From IMG/VR virus record IMGVR_UViG_2823679482_000007, positions 2,113 to 66,112 of that record: a stretch of 64,000 nucleotides of DNA. One strand, written 5' to 3'. The notes beneath the pieces are model-generated. The model ran no database searches. It had not been told where the DNA came from and was given only the letters and a program-made list of their open reading frames with translations. A program made the translations under genes and the position numbers. This stretch comes from a virus (taxonomy: Duplodnaviria; Caudoviricetes). Below, piece after piece: positions 9,120 through 18,638 of this stretch. Position 1 is the first letter of the stretch; every line of letters starts with the position of its first letter.

Positions 9120-10505
9120 TTAAGATCTGCCTCCTCGGTGGGGGCTATATTCGCCCCCGACATCTCCGACCGATCCCCAGCTAGCAGCTTGCTTGAGTTC
9201 TTCCATGTAGGCCCGCATTATTGAAAGCTTATCCGCTCCACCCCAAAAGTGCGCAAGCCCCCTAGGCGGAGCAAGTGGCTTCTCGCCGTGACCGACGAAG
9301 CTCATTCTGTCGGTAAAAGCGCCGGAGACCTTCCCCCGTTTTGCTAAAACGTAGTTGGCACAAGCTTGATCAAACCAGTGAAGTGAGAGGCGACCGCCAT
9401 CGGCCAGTGTTGCATACCGCACCATCACCTCACCGATTGTCAGTAAATCTATGCGGTGATCTTTCGTATTTGGCACGCCGATCGTTCCCGAGTTGAAGCC
9501 GAGAAATCCATCCGCGTCAAATTGAGGATCCTGTTCGACTAGTTGGCTGCCGACCGATGGTGTTGATTTGAGCGTTGCATTTGTTTCGTGAGCTACGAAG
9601 ATTTTGTCACTAAGAAGCAGCTCTACCAGCTTGTCATCGAAGTTGGCATCAAACATCACATCTGTATCGAGGTACAGGAGAGGCTGAAAGTCGTTAGCTT
9701 GTGGCCACTCGGCTATCCTATATCTCTGAAGGCAATATTCAAAAGTCTCATCTGCCCTGATGGTCCAAACCATTATATTGTTATGAAAGTCGGCTGGCAC
9801 AACGGATAGCACCGCGTCACGCGCCATGTCAGTGATGATCAAGAAATTTACATCAGGTCCGTGGAAGAGCCGCCATGACTCCATGCTAACAACGGCCATT
9901 TCAAGATATTTCTTCGAACCAAAAGAAACATAGTAGATAAGCGGCTTGTATAGCTTAATTTCCTCCGCCAACCAACCACACTGGAAAATGATCAGTGTAT
10001 TTTTATTATTTGGATCACAACAAACTGGGAAGATCGAACGTAAATCAAGATCGAAATCACCGACCTTTGCATGGAAATCATTTGTGAAAACGATGTTACT
10101 TTTGCTGATTCGCTCAGACGTTCTTGTCACAACCCAATCGTTTCGAGCAAGATTGAGGAGGAGATCGACTTCGGCTTCCGTCAGAAGAAGGAACTCTTCC
10201 CATCCTCCCGCAGAAAAGGCATGCCAGTCTACTTCGCTACTCGGCCACGCCCTCAGATAACGGCTTGCTCGTTCTAGTGAAACCGTTCGCGAGTTAGGAA
10301 AACGTTTAACTGTGTACCTGTCTGGCGAGAATACGGAAATGTCATTGCGACCTTGAAGGTAGATGATATCTAGCCCTTCAAGTTCGCAGCTTACTAAATC
10401 ACGTTTATTATCAATTTCACTAAGAAAAACAGTATGAAGGCGCCCGTCGATTGGTGACCGCGCTACAAAACTACCGTGATACGTAAGGAGATATACATGT
10501 TGCAT
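9120..10505 (-). CDS. GT8-like glycosyltransferase with an N-terminal fascin/beta-trefoil-like segment
   Basis: LLYLDTDV (DxD), FNSG, WFDQACANY, AHFWG..K. N-terminal YLRAWPSSEVDW...GGWEEF is fascin-like. Low GC. Confidence 0.7.
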   Translation of the reverse strand: MQHVYLLTYHGSFVARSPIDGRLHTVFLSEIDNKRDLVSCELEGLDIIYLQGRNDISVFSPDRYTVKRFPNSRTVSLERASRYLRAWPSSEVDWHAFSAGGWEEFLLLTEAEVDLLLNLARNDWVVTRTSERISKSNIVFTNDFHAKVGDFDLDLRSIFPVCCDPNNKNTLIIFQCGWLAEEIKLYKPLIYYVSFGSKKYLEMAVVSMESWRLFHGPDVNFLIITDMARDAVLSVVPADFHNNIMVWTIRADETFEYCLQRYRIAEWPQANDFQPLLYLDTDVMFDANFDDKLVELLLSDKIFVAHETNATLKSTPSVGSQLVEQDPQFDADGFLGFNSGTIGVPNTKDHRIDLLTIGEVMVRYATLADGGRLSLHWFDQACANYVLAKRGKVSGAFTDRMSFVGHGEKPLAPPRGLAHFWGGADKLSIMRAYMEELKQAASWGSVGDVGGEYSPHRGGRS

Positions 10506-10872
10506 AACGTTTTTGCCGGGCTGGTCGCGTCGCGGAAGTTCGGGTCCCGTACCTACGGCAGGCGTCACATATTAGAAAGAGACAATGATCAAGGAGCTTG
10601 AGGCGGCCCTGCATGCGCTCGTGAACGCTCGCGTCCGGGTGATCATCCTATATGACGATTTTGCCGACAGGTACGATTGCCTGAGTGCGTCCACCGACGC
10701 CATCGCGGCGATCGGCGCTTATCCGTCAGTCAACGTGTGCATCGAGAACAGCGCAGCGCCGGATCTTTGGGCGGACCTCTCGGCACAGGCCGCCTCACCA
10801 TTCATGCGCACGCGGCACTCGTTCGGTTTGCTTGGCTTTGCGCCAGGGAAGAGACACGAAGGAGCCCCTAAA

Positions 10873-11383
10873 GCCGAAGCCCCGGGGGGCGGTGTGTGGA
10901 CGGGTGTAGATAGCGGAGATCAGCCGGGTGGGTGCCCGGTGATCGCCTGGATCATCTCCCGGTGGGTGGTGGCCGTCTCCTCGCACATCGAGGTCACGAG
11001 GTCGTCGATGCGGCGCTCCATGTGGGTGATGACGTCGCCGGTCATGTAGGTACGCGCGACTTCGACCTTGAAGTTGTGCAAGGCCTCGTTCTGGGCCGCG
11101 ACCTGGATCCTCACGGCCGCCACGTTGATGGTCAGCGGCGAGACGGCTGCAGCGGTCCCGCCTTTTATCTTCCCAAAAGCTCAATCGGCGAGCTTCCCCA
11201 GGCTGACGAGGAAGAACGCAAGCGCGAACACTTTCACCAATGCGATGGGCCGGCGGCGAGGAACGAGGTACCCTTTGTGCAGCCCTACCGCGCGAACATC
11301 TTCTTGACACCGAGCAACACGATCAGCCCGAAGCCGGCCCGGATGATTGTCTGTTGGATTTGAAGGTAGGCGCCGGGTATGGC
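10873..11383 (-). repeat. Degenerate copy of lysis-cassette segment 16880-17401 (pseudogenes of the two distal membrane genes)
   Basis: Colinear similarity over about 510 bp, e.g. gcgacttcgaccttgaagttgtgcaaggcctcgttctg identical; indels destroy the N-terminus. Confidence 0.92.
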
Positions 11384-11622
11384 TGGGTGATCCAGTTTGT
11401 CGCCAACCCCGAGAACAGCCCCGGCCTGAAGTGCGGGGCGACTCGGATCGCCATCGTTCTTGCATGCATGCAAAAGGCTTGAGCATGCGCACCACCGTCG
11501 AGATTGACAACGGCAGAACCGCAGCACGTTCAGACTCGGCCAACAAACGCAAGTGGCAGATTCTTCGTCGTTTGTTACGTTCCTACCGCGTGCACTACGA
11601 AGCGATAAGGCATGGTGGCGTT

Positions 11623-12708
11623 ATGGCGATTGTGACGGACAACTTCAACATAACTGCCCAGGGGTCAGGACAGCTCGTCGCTCAAATACGATTATCCATA
11701 AACAATGAGAGCAAGACTGTTACGGAAGCTTCGGGCAGTATTTATGGACAATCAATTAGCGGGCTTTCAAGCTATCTAAATGCAAGTAATACAGTTTATG
11801 AACAGTTCTGGTTTGGGCAGCTAGGTCGAGTCGAATTTTACTACAATTTCGAAAGCGTGAGTGTATCCGCCGGAGGCCTGCAATATAATGTTGTTGGATC
11901 GTTGCAGCCGCCGAATATGGTTGCCACTGTGACCGGCTCAGATGGCTCGCAGACGAGCGGCATAAGCACATCGCAGCTCTTCAGTCGCTCATTGATTCCA
12001 CCGATTTGCTTCGCGACCGGCACCCTGATCCGTACGAGCCGAGGCGAGGTTGCGGTCGAAAATCTGGCGGCCGGCGATTGTGCTGTCACTGCCTCTGGCG
12101 AGCTGCGCTCAATCACATGGATCGGCCATCGCCACATTACGAGTGCCGGCCTAGTCCTACCCTTCAACCAGCAGCCGGTTCGCGTCCGCGCTGGCGCTTT
12201 CGGCCATGGCCTGCCCCTGCGTGATCTCTACCTCTCGCCCGGCCACCCGGTGCTCGTCGGCGCTGACGCCGACAATGAGGGCGGCGTATTGGTGCCTATC
12301 ATGTGCCTTGAGAACGGCACGAGCATCAGAAGGGAGACACGCTCGAGTGTCACCTACTGGCACGTCGAACTCGATGCGCACGACATTCTTCTTGCCGAAG
12401 GCCTTCCGGCTGAGAGCTACATCGACGGCGGCGACCGCACCTTCTTCGAGCAGGTCTCCGACCTTGCGCTTCACAATCCGGACTTTGTCACTCCGAACTG
12501 GAGCGGTCGCTGCCGCCCGGTCGCGGTGGACGGTTCGATGGTAGTGGCCGAGCGAGGACGCCTAGATGCAGCGTTCGCCAGCTCGCTGGCCGCTCAGTGC
12601 TACTGGGACCTTTCGGCTCAATCCATCTCAACAGCACCAATGTGGGGCGCTGATATGCTGCCGGATTGGCCAGGGGCGCAGGTGACGCCTCTTGATCCGA
12701 CGTGCTAG
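11623..12708 (+). CDS. Hint-domain (Hint_2/BIL-type) protein with an about 128-aa beta-rich N-terminal domain
   Basis: ICFATGTLIRT..GEVAVENL..GD, LSPGHPV, TYWHVELDAHDILLAEGLPAESY. Confidence 0.9.
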   Translation: MAIVTDNFNITAQGSGQLVAQIRLSINNESKTVTEASGSIYGQSISGLSSYLNASNTVYEQFWFGQLGRVEFYYNFESVSVSAGGLQYNVVGSLQPPNMVATVTGSDGSQTSGISTSQLFSRSLIPPICFATGTLIRTSRGEVAVENLAAGDCAVTASGELRSITWIGHRHITSAGLVLPFNQQPVRVRAGAFGHGLPLRDLYLSPGHPVLVGADADNEGGVLVPIMCLENGTSIRRETRSSVTYWHVELDAHDILLAEGLPAESYIDGGDRTFFEQVSDLALHNPDFVTPNWSGRCRPVAVDGSMVVAERGRLDAAFASSLAAQCYWDLSAQSISTAPMWGADMLPDWPGAQVTPLDPTC

Positions 12709-12915
12709 CTCAGCCCAGCAATCAGGAGGCTTTGCTATGCAGCCGATATCCGCTCAGCGCGCGAGTCATAACGCCGGGCATCAAGCTCGGCACTAGCCAT
12801 AGCCATGGAGAAGTTCGTCGCGCGAGGTCCGGCCCGAGACCATCTCTAGGCTGAGTGTTGCTGGAAATGCGACTTGCGCTCACATGAGCAGATAAAACGG
12901 TTTCAAGGTTCCAAC

Positions 12916-14292
12916 ATGCCGAAGTACCAACACGCCATTCTGAACACCTCTCGCTGGGAGAGTGAGACTATCGTTGAGTGGCTTCAATACTACATTTCAT
13001 TGGGCTTCGATCATGCGTACATATACTGTAATGACGACGACCCGGTCGAGATGTATGAGAAGCTACAGCCCTATATTGAGTGCACAAACCCTTTTGTAAC
13101 ATTTCACCATGTTCCGTTTCAAGGGCAACAACCAGCTTGCTGGATCCATTTTCTCGAAAATTATAAGCACGAAACCGAATGGTTTTTGTTTATTGATGCG
13201 GATGAATTTCTAGCGCTGAAACCACACAATAGCATTAAGAACTTTATGAAGGAATTCGAACGAGACTTCGACTGTATCCACTTCAACTGGATCTGGTTTG
13301 GCCCTGAGAACTTCGAAGAAAGACCTAAAGGCAGCACGTTGCTACAGTTCACTCACCGCGAGGATGAGCGGCGGCAGATGAACTACTTTACCAAAACAAT
13401 CAATCGTAGCGCCGCAATCGATCCGCGCAAGATCGGGCGCCCCCCCATCGACATGCTCAACCATCGCTGGCCGCCGACGATTTCGGCGAGCCTACGGGAA
13501 GCCAACGTCCTCGGCGAGCCCATGGCGGAGTTCATGTCGAACTTCCCTGCGTCGGCCGAAATGTTTATGTCAGATATCGGACGTCGCGAGAGTATCGTCG
13601 CAAAAGCTGTACTTTACCATTATCTATTTCGGTCGAAGAAGGACTTTCAGAGACGCGTGGAGCGCGGTACGTTGGGTGCCTACTATTTCCAGCCAATGTG
13701 GGGCACGCTCCCCAGCCGACAGGAGGAGTTCGCCGGCTTCCTGGGCGGCCTCGCAGCGCGCGAAGATCTCTACCTGCACGACTACTGGCAAGGACAGGTT
13801 GATACGCTCCGCGATCGCGCCAGAGCAACCTCCATTGTCAGGCCGCATGGCGGCGTGAACCTCGCACGCTCGGCGCGCGCGACCCAGAGTTCGATCTGCC
13901 AGTGGTCGAAAGGACAGACGATCGAGGAGGACGCGCGTGGAGCGATCAGCGGCGTCATCACCGGCGCCGACGGGTTTCATACTCAGCACGAGCCGAATCC
14001 CTGGTGGATCGCCGACCTTGGGTCGGTTTCCGCCCTTGAGGAAATACGGGTCTTCAATTCGCTGAAGGACCCCGGCATGGCAGCGCGCGCCTACCCGCTC
14101 GTCATCGACACCTCTCTCGACGGGCAAAATTGGGAGCGTCTGTTTTTTAACAACGGAAACTCCCCCTACGGAGGGGCCGACGGCCACCCGCTGATCGTTC
14201 GGGCAAATTGCGAAGCCCGTTACGTCAAGTTATGGCTTGCATCGACAGACTTCTTCCACCTGGACGAAATTGAAATTTACGGCCGCAATTGA
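12916..14292 (+). CDS. GT2/GT92-like glycosyltransferase with a C-terminal discoidin (F5/8C) domain
   Basis: IVEWLQYYISLGFDHAYIYCND, WFLFIDADEFL, LYHY. C-terminal ARATQSS..FHT..EPNPWW.ADLG..EIRVFN..LDEIEIYG. Confidence 0.85.
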   Translation: MPKYQHAILNTSRWESETIVEWLQYYISLGFDHAYIYCNDDDPVEMYEKLQPYIECTNPFVTFHHVPFQGQQPACWIHFLENYKHETEWFLFIDADEFLALKPHNSIKNFMKEFERDFDCIHFNWIWFGPENFEERPKGSTLLQFTHREDERRQMNYFTKTINRSAAIDPRKIGRPPIDMLNHRWPPTISASLREANVLGEPMAEFMSNFPASAEMFMSDIGRRESIVAKAVLYHYLFRSKKDFQRRVERGTLGAYYFQPMWGTLPSRQEEFAGFLGGLAAREDLYLHDYWQGQVDTLRDRARATSIVRPHGGVNLARSARATQSSICQWSKGQTIEEDARGAISGVITGADGFHTQHEPNPWWIADLGSVSALEEIRVFNSLKDPGMAARAYPLVIDTSLDGQNWERLFFNNGNSPYGGADGHPLIVRANCEARYVKLWLASTDFFHLDEIEIYGRN

Positions 14293-14387
14293 ACGGCTGA
14301 CTTAAATATGAAGCGACATCGTGAATAAAATTGCAATTCTAGGGCCCGCCGCGCTTGTCGCGGCGGGTACTGGATCATAGTCGCTTG

Positions 14388-15215
14388 CTAGTATGAGCGC
14401 AGCATCTCAATATCGTGCGCTCGGCAGCAATCTCGGAACAAATCAATTTTCTCGGCTGGAATGAACGCATAATTCCAGCCTTTGTCAGGCACAATGATTT
14501 TCGTGTGTATCACCACGTCCGGTCGCATGCGGAAAGGAATGTACTCAAGCCCTTCCATCATTTTAGATAGATTGAACAAAGTTTTGTAGGCTCCGCTCAA
14601 AACTTCTGCGAACACGATGGGCCGGTCCTCAGCGAGAGTGTTGGTCGCCCCGCGTAAGAATGCTGCTTCGTGACCTTCGATGTCAGCCTTCACAATTGCC
14701 AGCTTCCGGGACAGCTTCAAGCTATCAAGTGTCCGAATTGGCACCTCGATCGTATTCGCGGCCGTCTTGAAATCAGCTTCCAACGACGCGCTCGTTTCGA
14801 GCAGGCCATGCCCAGGATCCGGAAGATGTAGCGCGGCAGTTCCCTCAGTATCGCTTAGGGCGCACTCGTTTAGCTCAACCTGATGAGAAACTCCGTTTAG
14901 GCGGAGGTTCTCAATAAGGACACTGCGCGCCTCGGGGAGAGGCTCAAAGGCGTACACATGTGCATTGCCTTTAGTCTTTGCCGCCAAGACTGAATATATG
15001 CCGATGTTCCCACCAACGTCGCAGAGGGACCCCTCTGTTCTGGCCACTGCTGCCATCAGCAGGATTGGGAGTGGCGTCTCATAGATGCCTGCCGCAAGGC
15101 TCTCGACGGATAGAATTGTACCAGGATGTTCTGTAAGCTTAATTTCTCGACCCGCAAATGAAAAACTATAATGATCTACGCGACCATCTCGTTCATGTCT
15201 TGTGTAATTCGACAT
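14388..15215 (-). CDS. FkbM-family SAM methyltransferase
   Basis: CDVGGNIGIYS, VYAFEP, ALSDTEG, VKADIEGHEAAFLRGA. Confidence 0.9.
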   Translation of the reverse strand: MSNYTRHERDGRVDHYSFSFAGREIKLTEHPGTILSVESLAAGIYETPLPILLMAAVARTEGSLCDVGGNIGIYSVLAAKTKGNAHVYAFEPLPEARSVLIENLRLNGVSHQVELNECALSDTEGTAALHLPDPGHGLLETSASLEADFKTAANTIEVPIRTLDSLKLSRKLAIVKADIEGHEAAFLRGATNTLAEDRPIVFAEVLSGAYKTLFNLSKMMEGLEYIPFRMRPDVVIHTKIIVPDKGWNYAFIPAEKIDLFRDCCRAHDIEMLRSY

Positions 15216-15294
15216 ATCTAAGGCCTCAAAATTTTTAGATCGGCTGCGTTCTACCTGCCGCCGCCGCGGTGAGCAAGCAAGGTGATCCTAACCC

Positions 15295-16737
15295 CTACCA
15301 ATCGGATAGCGGAACACGTTTCCATTTGTTCGTCGCCACGCACCGAAATTCGAAGCTTTGATTCCAGGCCCGCTGGCCGACCCGGCATGGTGAATCCGAT
15401 TTTGCTGGCGCGGCGGAAGCGGTCTCTGTGATCCGTGGGGTAGTTAGGCTGCCATCGGGCGCCACGCTCCAGCCTAAGCCGGCGATTTGGGCTGATGAGT
15501 AGTCTCCCTGGAGTAGGATACCCGTTGGCGCGGCCGATCCATCTCGGATGGCAGCTAAGCTTTTTTTGCCGCTGATGTTGATAGACACAGGGCTGCCAGA
15601 GGTATCCTCGATCGCGGCGGAGGAGCGTACGCCGTTAATTTGAATGGCACGCGGACCGCTCGCGCCTAGCACCAAATCGGCAATCGTCTTCTTGCCCGCA
15701 GTCTGCAAAGTCGTAGGGCTGGCTGTCACGTCCTGGATCGTTGCGATTGAGTGAGGTCCGCCTCCGATTCCTGAGGAGCCGAAACCGAGGCCGATCGGTG
15801 AGGCGGTGTCTATCTCAATCGCTGACTGAGAGGCGACTTTGTCCCCGTTGATCCTAAGTGCCCAAATCGCAGAATAACCGGTTGTTGAAGAGCCGTCCCC
15901 GGTGATCTGAATGCCGTGTGTAACTTGGGCATTTCCCGCCAGCCCAACACGAATAGCGGTACAGTCCGTCACGCCCAGGGCACAGTCGTGACCGCTATTG
16001 TTAGCGTAGTCAAACTCCACACCTGGAAAGAAATTACCAAGCTTCGGCTTCGTATTTATGTGGTAATTGAATGCGGCTCCCCAAGCGGAACCAGCCCCGT
16101 CTACGACATTCGTTTCAAAATATGAACCAACTTTGGCGTTGATAGCGGCGTCGTTGATCCAATCCCATTTTACCGTGCCATCTGTGACAGTGAACGGGAG
16201 GCGATCTGGGCGGGATCCTGGCAGTTTTGTTGAGGCTGAAGTTGTTCCTGGTTGTTTTGCTCGGTAAACAGCATTGCCGACGGCAACGTTGTCTCCAGCC
16301 TCATAGCGGGTATTTGGCTTATATTGCGTCGTATATCCGGTCCCGATTGTTGTAGTGACTGCTAGGGTTTGCTCTTGCGCCTGCCCGTCGTCCCTGGTTG
16401 ACGCGGACAAGAGCAGAGAAGTTCTTTGGTGGTCTAAAAATTCTGGCTGCATAGATCCAGAAGATGGACCGTTAATGCACGATAAAGCGGGACAGAACGA
16501 GATCCGATTTCCGGCCCCTAACACAATGGCATTAGGGTTCTTCGTGGCAGCGAGCGACTTATCTAACCCTTGTGCTTCCTTGATTAGAAATGTGCGGGGC
16601 GGGTCTTGATCGACCCGTAAGGCTCCTAGAGGTGCGTTGTCGTTTGCTGAGTCTAAGCCTCGCTCGGTCTTGAGCAATGGCTGAGCCAGGGACGCAAAGG
16701 GCAGTATAGCTAGGACGACCAAAGCGGGAAGGCGCAT
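15295..16737 (-). CDS. Signal-peptide-bearing fibre/receptor-binding-like protein; paralog of 19386-20900
   Basis: MRLPALVVLAILPFASLA signal; CBM5/12-like YKPNTRYEAGD..VYRA..GTT..DGTVKW; C-terminal PCRVGQRAW..FRCVATNKWKRVPLSDW phage-fibre-type tail. Confidence 0.65.
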   Translation of the reverse strand: MRLPALVVLAILPFASLAQPLLKTERGLDSANDNAPLGALRVDQDPPRTFLIKEAQGLDKSLAATKNPNAIVLGAGNRISFCPALSCINGPSSGSMQPEFLDHQRTSLLLSASTRDDGQAQEQTLAVTTTIGTGYTTQYKPNTRYEAGDNVAVGNAVYRAKQPGTTSASTKLPGSRPDRLPFTVTDGTVKWDWINDAAINAKVGSYFETNVVDGAGSAWGAAFNYHINTKPKLGNFFPGVEFDYANNSGHDCALGVTDCTAIRVGLAGNAQVTHGIQITGDGSSTTGYSAIWALRINGDKVASQSAIEIDTASPIGLGFGSSGIGGGPHSIATIQDVTASPTTLQTAGKKTIADLVLGASGPRAIQINGVRSSAAIEDTSGSPVSINISGKKSLAAIRDGSAAPTGILLQGDYSSAQIAGLGWSVAPDGSLTTPRITETASAAPAKSDSPCRVGQRAWNQSFEFRCVATNKWKRVPLSDW

Positions 16738-16863
16738 CGCTTCAACCCCATAGGTGGCAGCAAGAGGGCCGGAGGCTTAGCAGGAGTCCGTCAAGGCCAG
16801 GAGTTTTTTTGGTGAGCTCAACCAACCACACGAGCTAAGCGCCAACGCGAGCGTCTTCTCGAC

Positions 16864-16894
16864 AAAAAATAACCCCGGGGCCGAAGCCCCGGGG
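16864..16894 (-). terminator. Intrinsic terminator of the lysis operon
   Basis: Minus strand ccccggggc-TTCG-gccccgggg-ttatttttt. Confidence 0.85.
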
Positions 16895-17401
16895 CGGTGC
16901 GTGGACAGGTGTGAATAGCGGGGATCAGTCGGCCCGGCGCCCGGTGATCGCCTGGAGCATCTCCCGGCGGGTGGCGGCCATTTCCTCTCGCATCGAGGTC
17001 AGGAGGTCGTCGATGCGGCGCTCCATTCGGGTGATGACATCGCCGGTCACGTAGGTTCGGGCGACTTCGACCTTGAAGTTGTGCAAGGCCTCGTTCTGCG
17101 CCGCGACCTGAATCTTCACCGCCGCCATGTCGATCGTCAGAGGGGACACGGCGGCTGCGGTTCCGCCCTTCACCTTGCTGGCGAGCCAATCGACGCCCTT
17201 CAGGAGCGTGACAACGAACAGGGCGAACCCGATCACCTGCACCCAGGTGATCGGGCCGGGCGCGAGGAACGAGGTGTCCATAGTGGTATCCTTTGCGCGG
17301 CCCTACCGCGCGAACGTCTTCTTGACGCCGAGCAGCCCGATCAGGCCGACGCCGGCCCAGATGATCGTCTGCTGGATCTGGAGGTAGGCGCCCGGCATGG
17401 C
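16880..17401 (-). repeat. Intact copy of the repeat with 10873-11383
   Basis: Same colinear alignment as 10873-11383. Confidence 0.92.
16925..17281 (-). CDS. Lysis-cassette membrane protein (1 TM plus coiled coil; holin/spanin-like)
   Basis: WVQVIGFALFVVTLL TM, then heptad-rich tail; position after the endolysin. Confidence 0.65.
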   Translation of the reverse strand: MDTSFLAPGPITWVQVIGFALFVVTLLKGVDWLASKVKGGTAAAVSPLTIDMAAVKIQVAAQNEALHNFKVEVARTYVTGDVITRMERRIDDLLTSMREEMAATRREMLQAITGRRAD

Positions 17402-17716
17402 TGCGATCCGCCACGATCCGACTTCGTGCCCCGGCCACGGGAAGCAATCGAAGGTGACGGCGCCGAAGTGGGTGATCGCGACCGCGAACGCAAGCGGCAT
17501 CATCCAGGCCGTGAGCAGGGAGGCCCGGTCCGCGTTGCGCGCTGCCGCTACCTGCTGCTGGGCGACGATCCACGCCTGGAACATCTGAGCGCTGGTAGCG
17601 ACGTCGGCGCCGACGTCTGCCTGATGCCGGGCGAGATCGGTGTCGGCCCGCTTGTTGGCGACGTCGAGGAGCTTGCCGGCTAGCCCAGGCAGAACCGAGA
17701 GGATCACGCCCCACAT
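17303..17716 (-). CDS. Holin-like membrane protein
   Basis: Hydrophobic segments, basic C-terminus GLLGVKKTFAR, ATGA-type coupling. Confidence 0.65.
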   Translation of the reverse strand: MWGVILSVLPGLAGKLLDVANKRADTDLARHQADVGADVATSAQMFQAWIVAQQQVAAARNADRASLLTAWMMPLAFAVAITHFGAVTFDCFPWPGHEVGSWRIAAMPGAYLQIQQTIIWAGVGLIGLLGVKKTFAR

Positions 17717-17982
17717 CAGCGCGGCCCGCCCGTCGGGTCGGCCGGCGGCTTGCGCAGGCGCGCCTTCACGATCGGCGCGACAAGGCGCGCGACCGCGAGC
17801 CAGCCGGCCGCGCGTACGCCCCAGCCCTCCGGCAGAAGCGGGGACCAATCGACACCGGCCGTCGCGTTGAGCAGGTCGGGCACGAGATCGATGGAGGCGA
17901 GTGCGGCCGAGGCTGCGTAGACCTTGTAGCCGCGCATAGCGGCGATGCAGCGCCGAGCACGGCGGCGAAGAGCGGGGAGCAT
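17716..17982 (-). CDS. Small membrane protein (holin candidate)
   Basis: Start overlaps the endolysin stop; two hydrophobic stretches. Confidence 0.6.
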   Translation of the reverse strand: MLPALRRRARRCIAAMRGYKVYAASAALASIDLVPDLLNATAGVDWSPLLPEGWGVRAAGWLAVARLVAPIVKARLRKPPADPTGGPR

Positions 17983-18638
17983 TAGGCGGCCTTTCCGGTG
18001 AGGGTGGCGGCGAGCCGCGCGAAGAAGCCGGGCTTGGAGGAGGCGGGAGAGCTCACCGCAGTCGGGATCACCGAATGCCCGGCCGCGCGCAGGGCATCGA
18101 CCATGGAGCCGCACTCGCCCGCGATCAGCTCGTCCTTGTCCGTACCGTTGATGATGCGACGGGCGCCAACGGGCTCGTACCGGCCGCCGCCGAAGTAATC
18201 CGCCAGCTTCTTGCCGGTGAACCAGCCCTCGACCATGCCGTAGAAGAGGATGGCGGCCGCCACGTCGAGGCGCATGGCGAGCTTCGGCGTCTTCACCATG
18301 TCCTCGTTGGCCCGCAGGTAGCCGAGTTGCCGGAGTCGCTGGGTCGCCTTGGCGTAGTTCTCCTCCCACGTGAGCTGCACGAAGCCGCGTCCCCAGAAGC
18401 CGGTTGAGCCGTAGGCGCGCCCCTTCCCGCGGCCGTATTCCTCGATCGGCTGCATAGTGCGTGCCGTCTCGTGGAAAGTGGTGGCCAGCGCGTAGCCGAG
18501 CGACGTGGTGCCAAGCAGCGATGGGGCGGCGTCCAAGATCGCATCCATACCGGCAACCTGAGAAGCCTTCAGCCGCCCGCCGAATAGGGATGCGCGCACG
18601 GCCGCATAGAAGGCGGCGCGGTTCAGGCTCGCGGCCAT
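17982..18638 (-). CDS. Endolysin, GH19 (lysozyme-like) family
   Basis: YALATTFHETA..M.PIEEYG, FWGRGFVQLTWEENY, ARRIING. Confidence 0.88.
   Translation of the reverse strand: MAASLNRAAFYAAVRASLFGGRLKASQVAGMDAILDAAPSLLGTTSLGYALATTFHETARTMQPIEEYGRGKGRAYGSTGFWGRGFVQLTWEENYAKATQRLRQLGYLRANEDMVKTPKLAMRLDVAAAILFYGMVEGWFTGKKLADYFGGGRYEPVGARRIINGTDKDELIAGECGSMVDALRAAGHSVIPTAVSSPASSKPGFFARLAATLTGKAA

Noticed and set aside
10585-10870. 154-aa gene at 10585-11049
   Set aside because: Runs into the antisense of the lysis-repeat remnant; probably a gene fragment with no assignable family.
11347-11622. N-terminal extension of the Hint ORF
   Set aside because: Composite of the repeat end and the stub of gene 7592; the likely start is ATG 11623.
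16688-16705. gggacgcaaag resembling part of a c-di-GMP-I riboswitch
   Set aside because: Lies antisense within a signal-peptide coding region, and the rest of the aptamer is absent.
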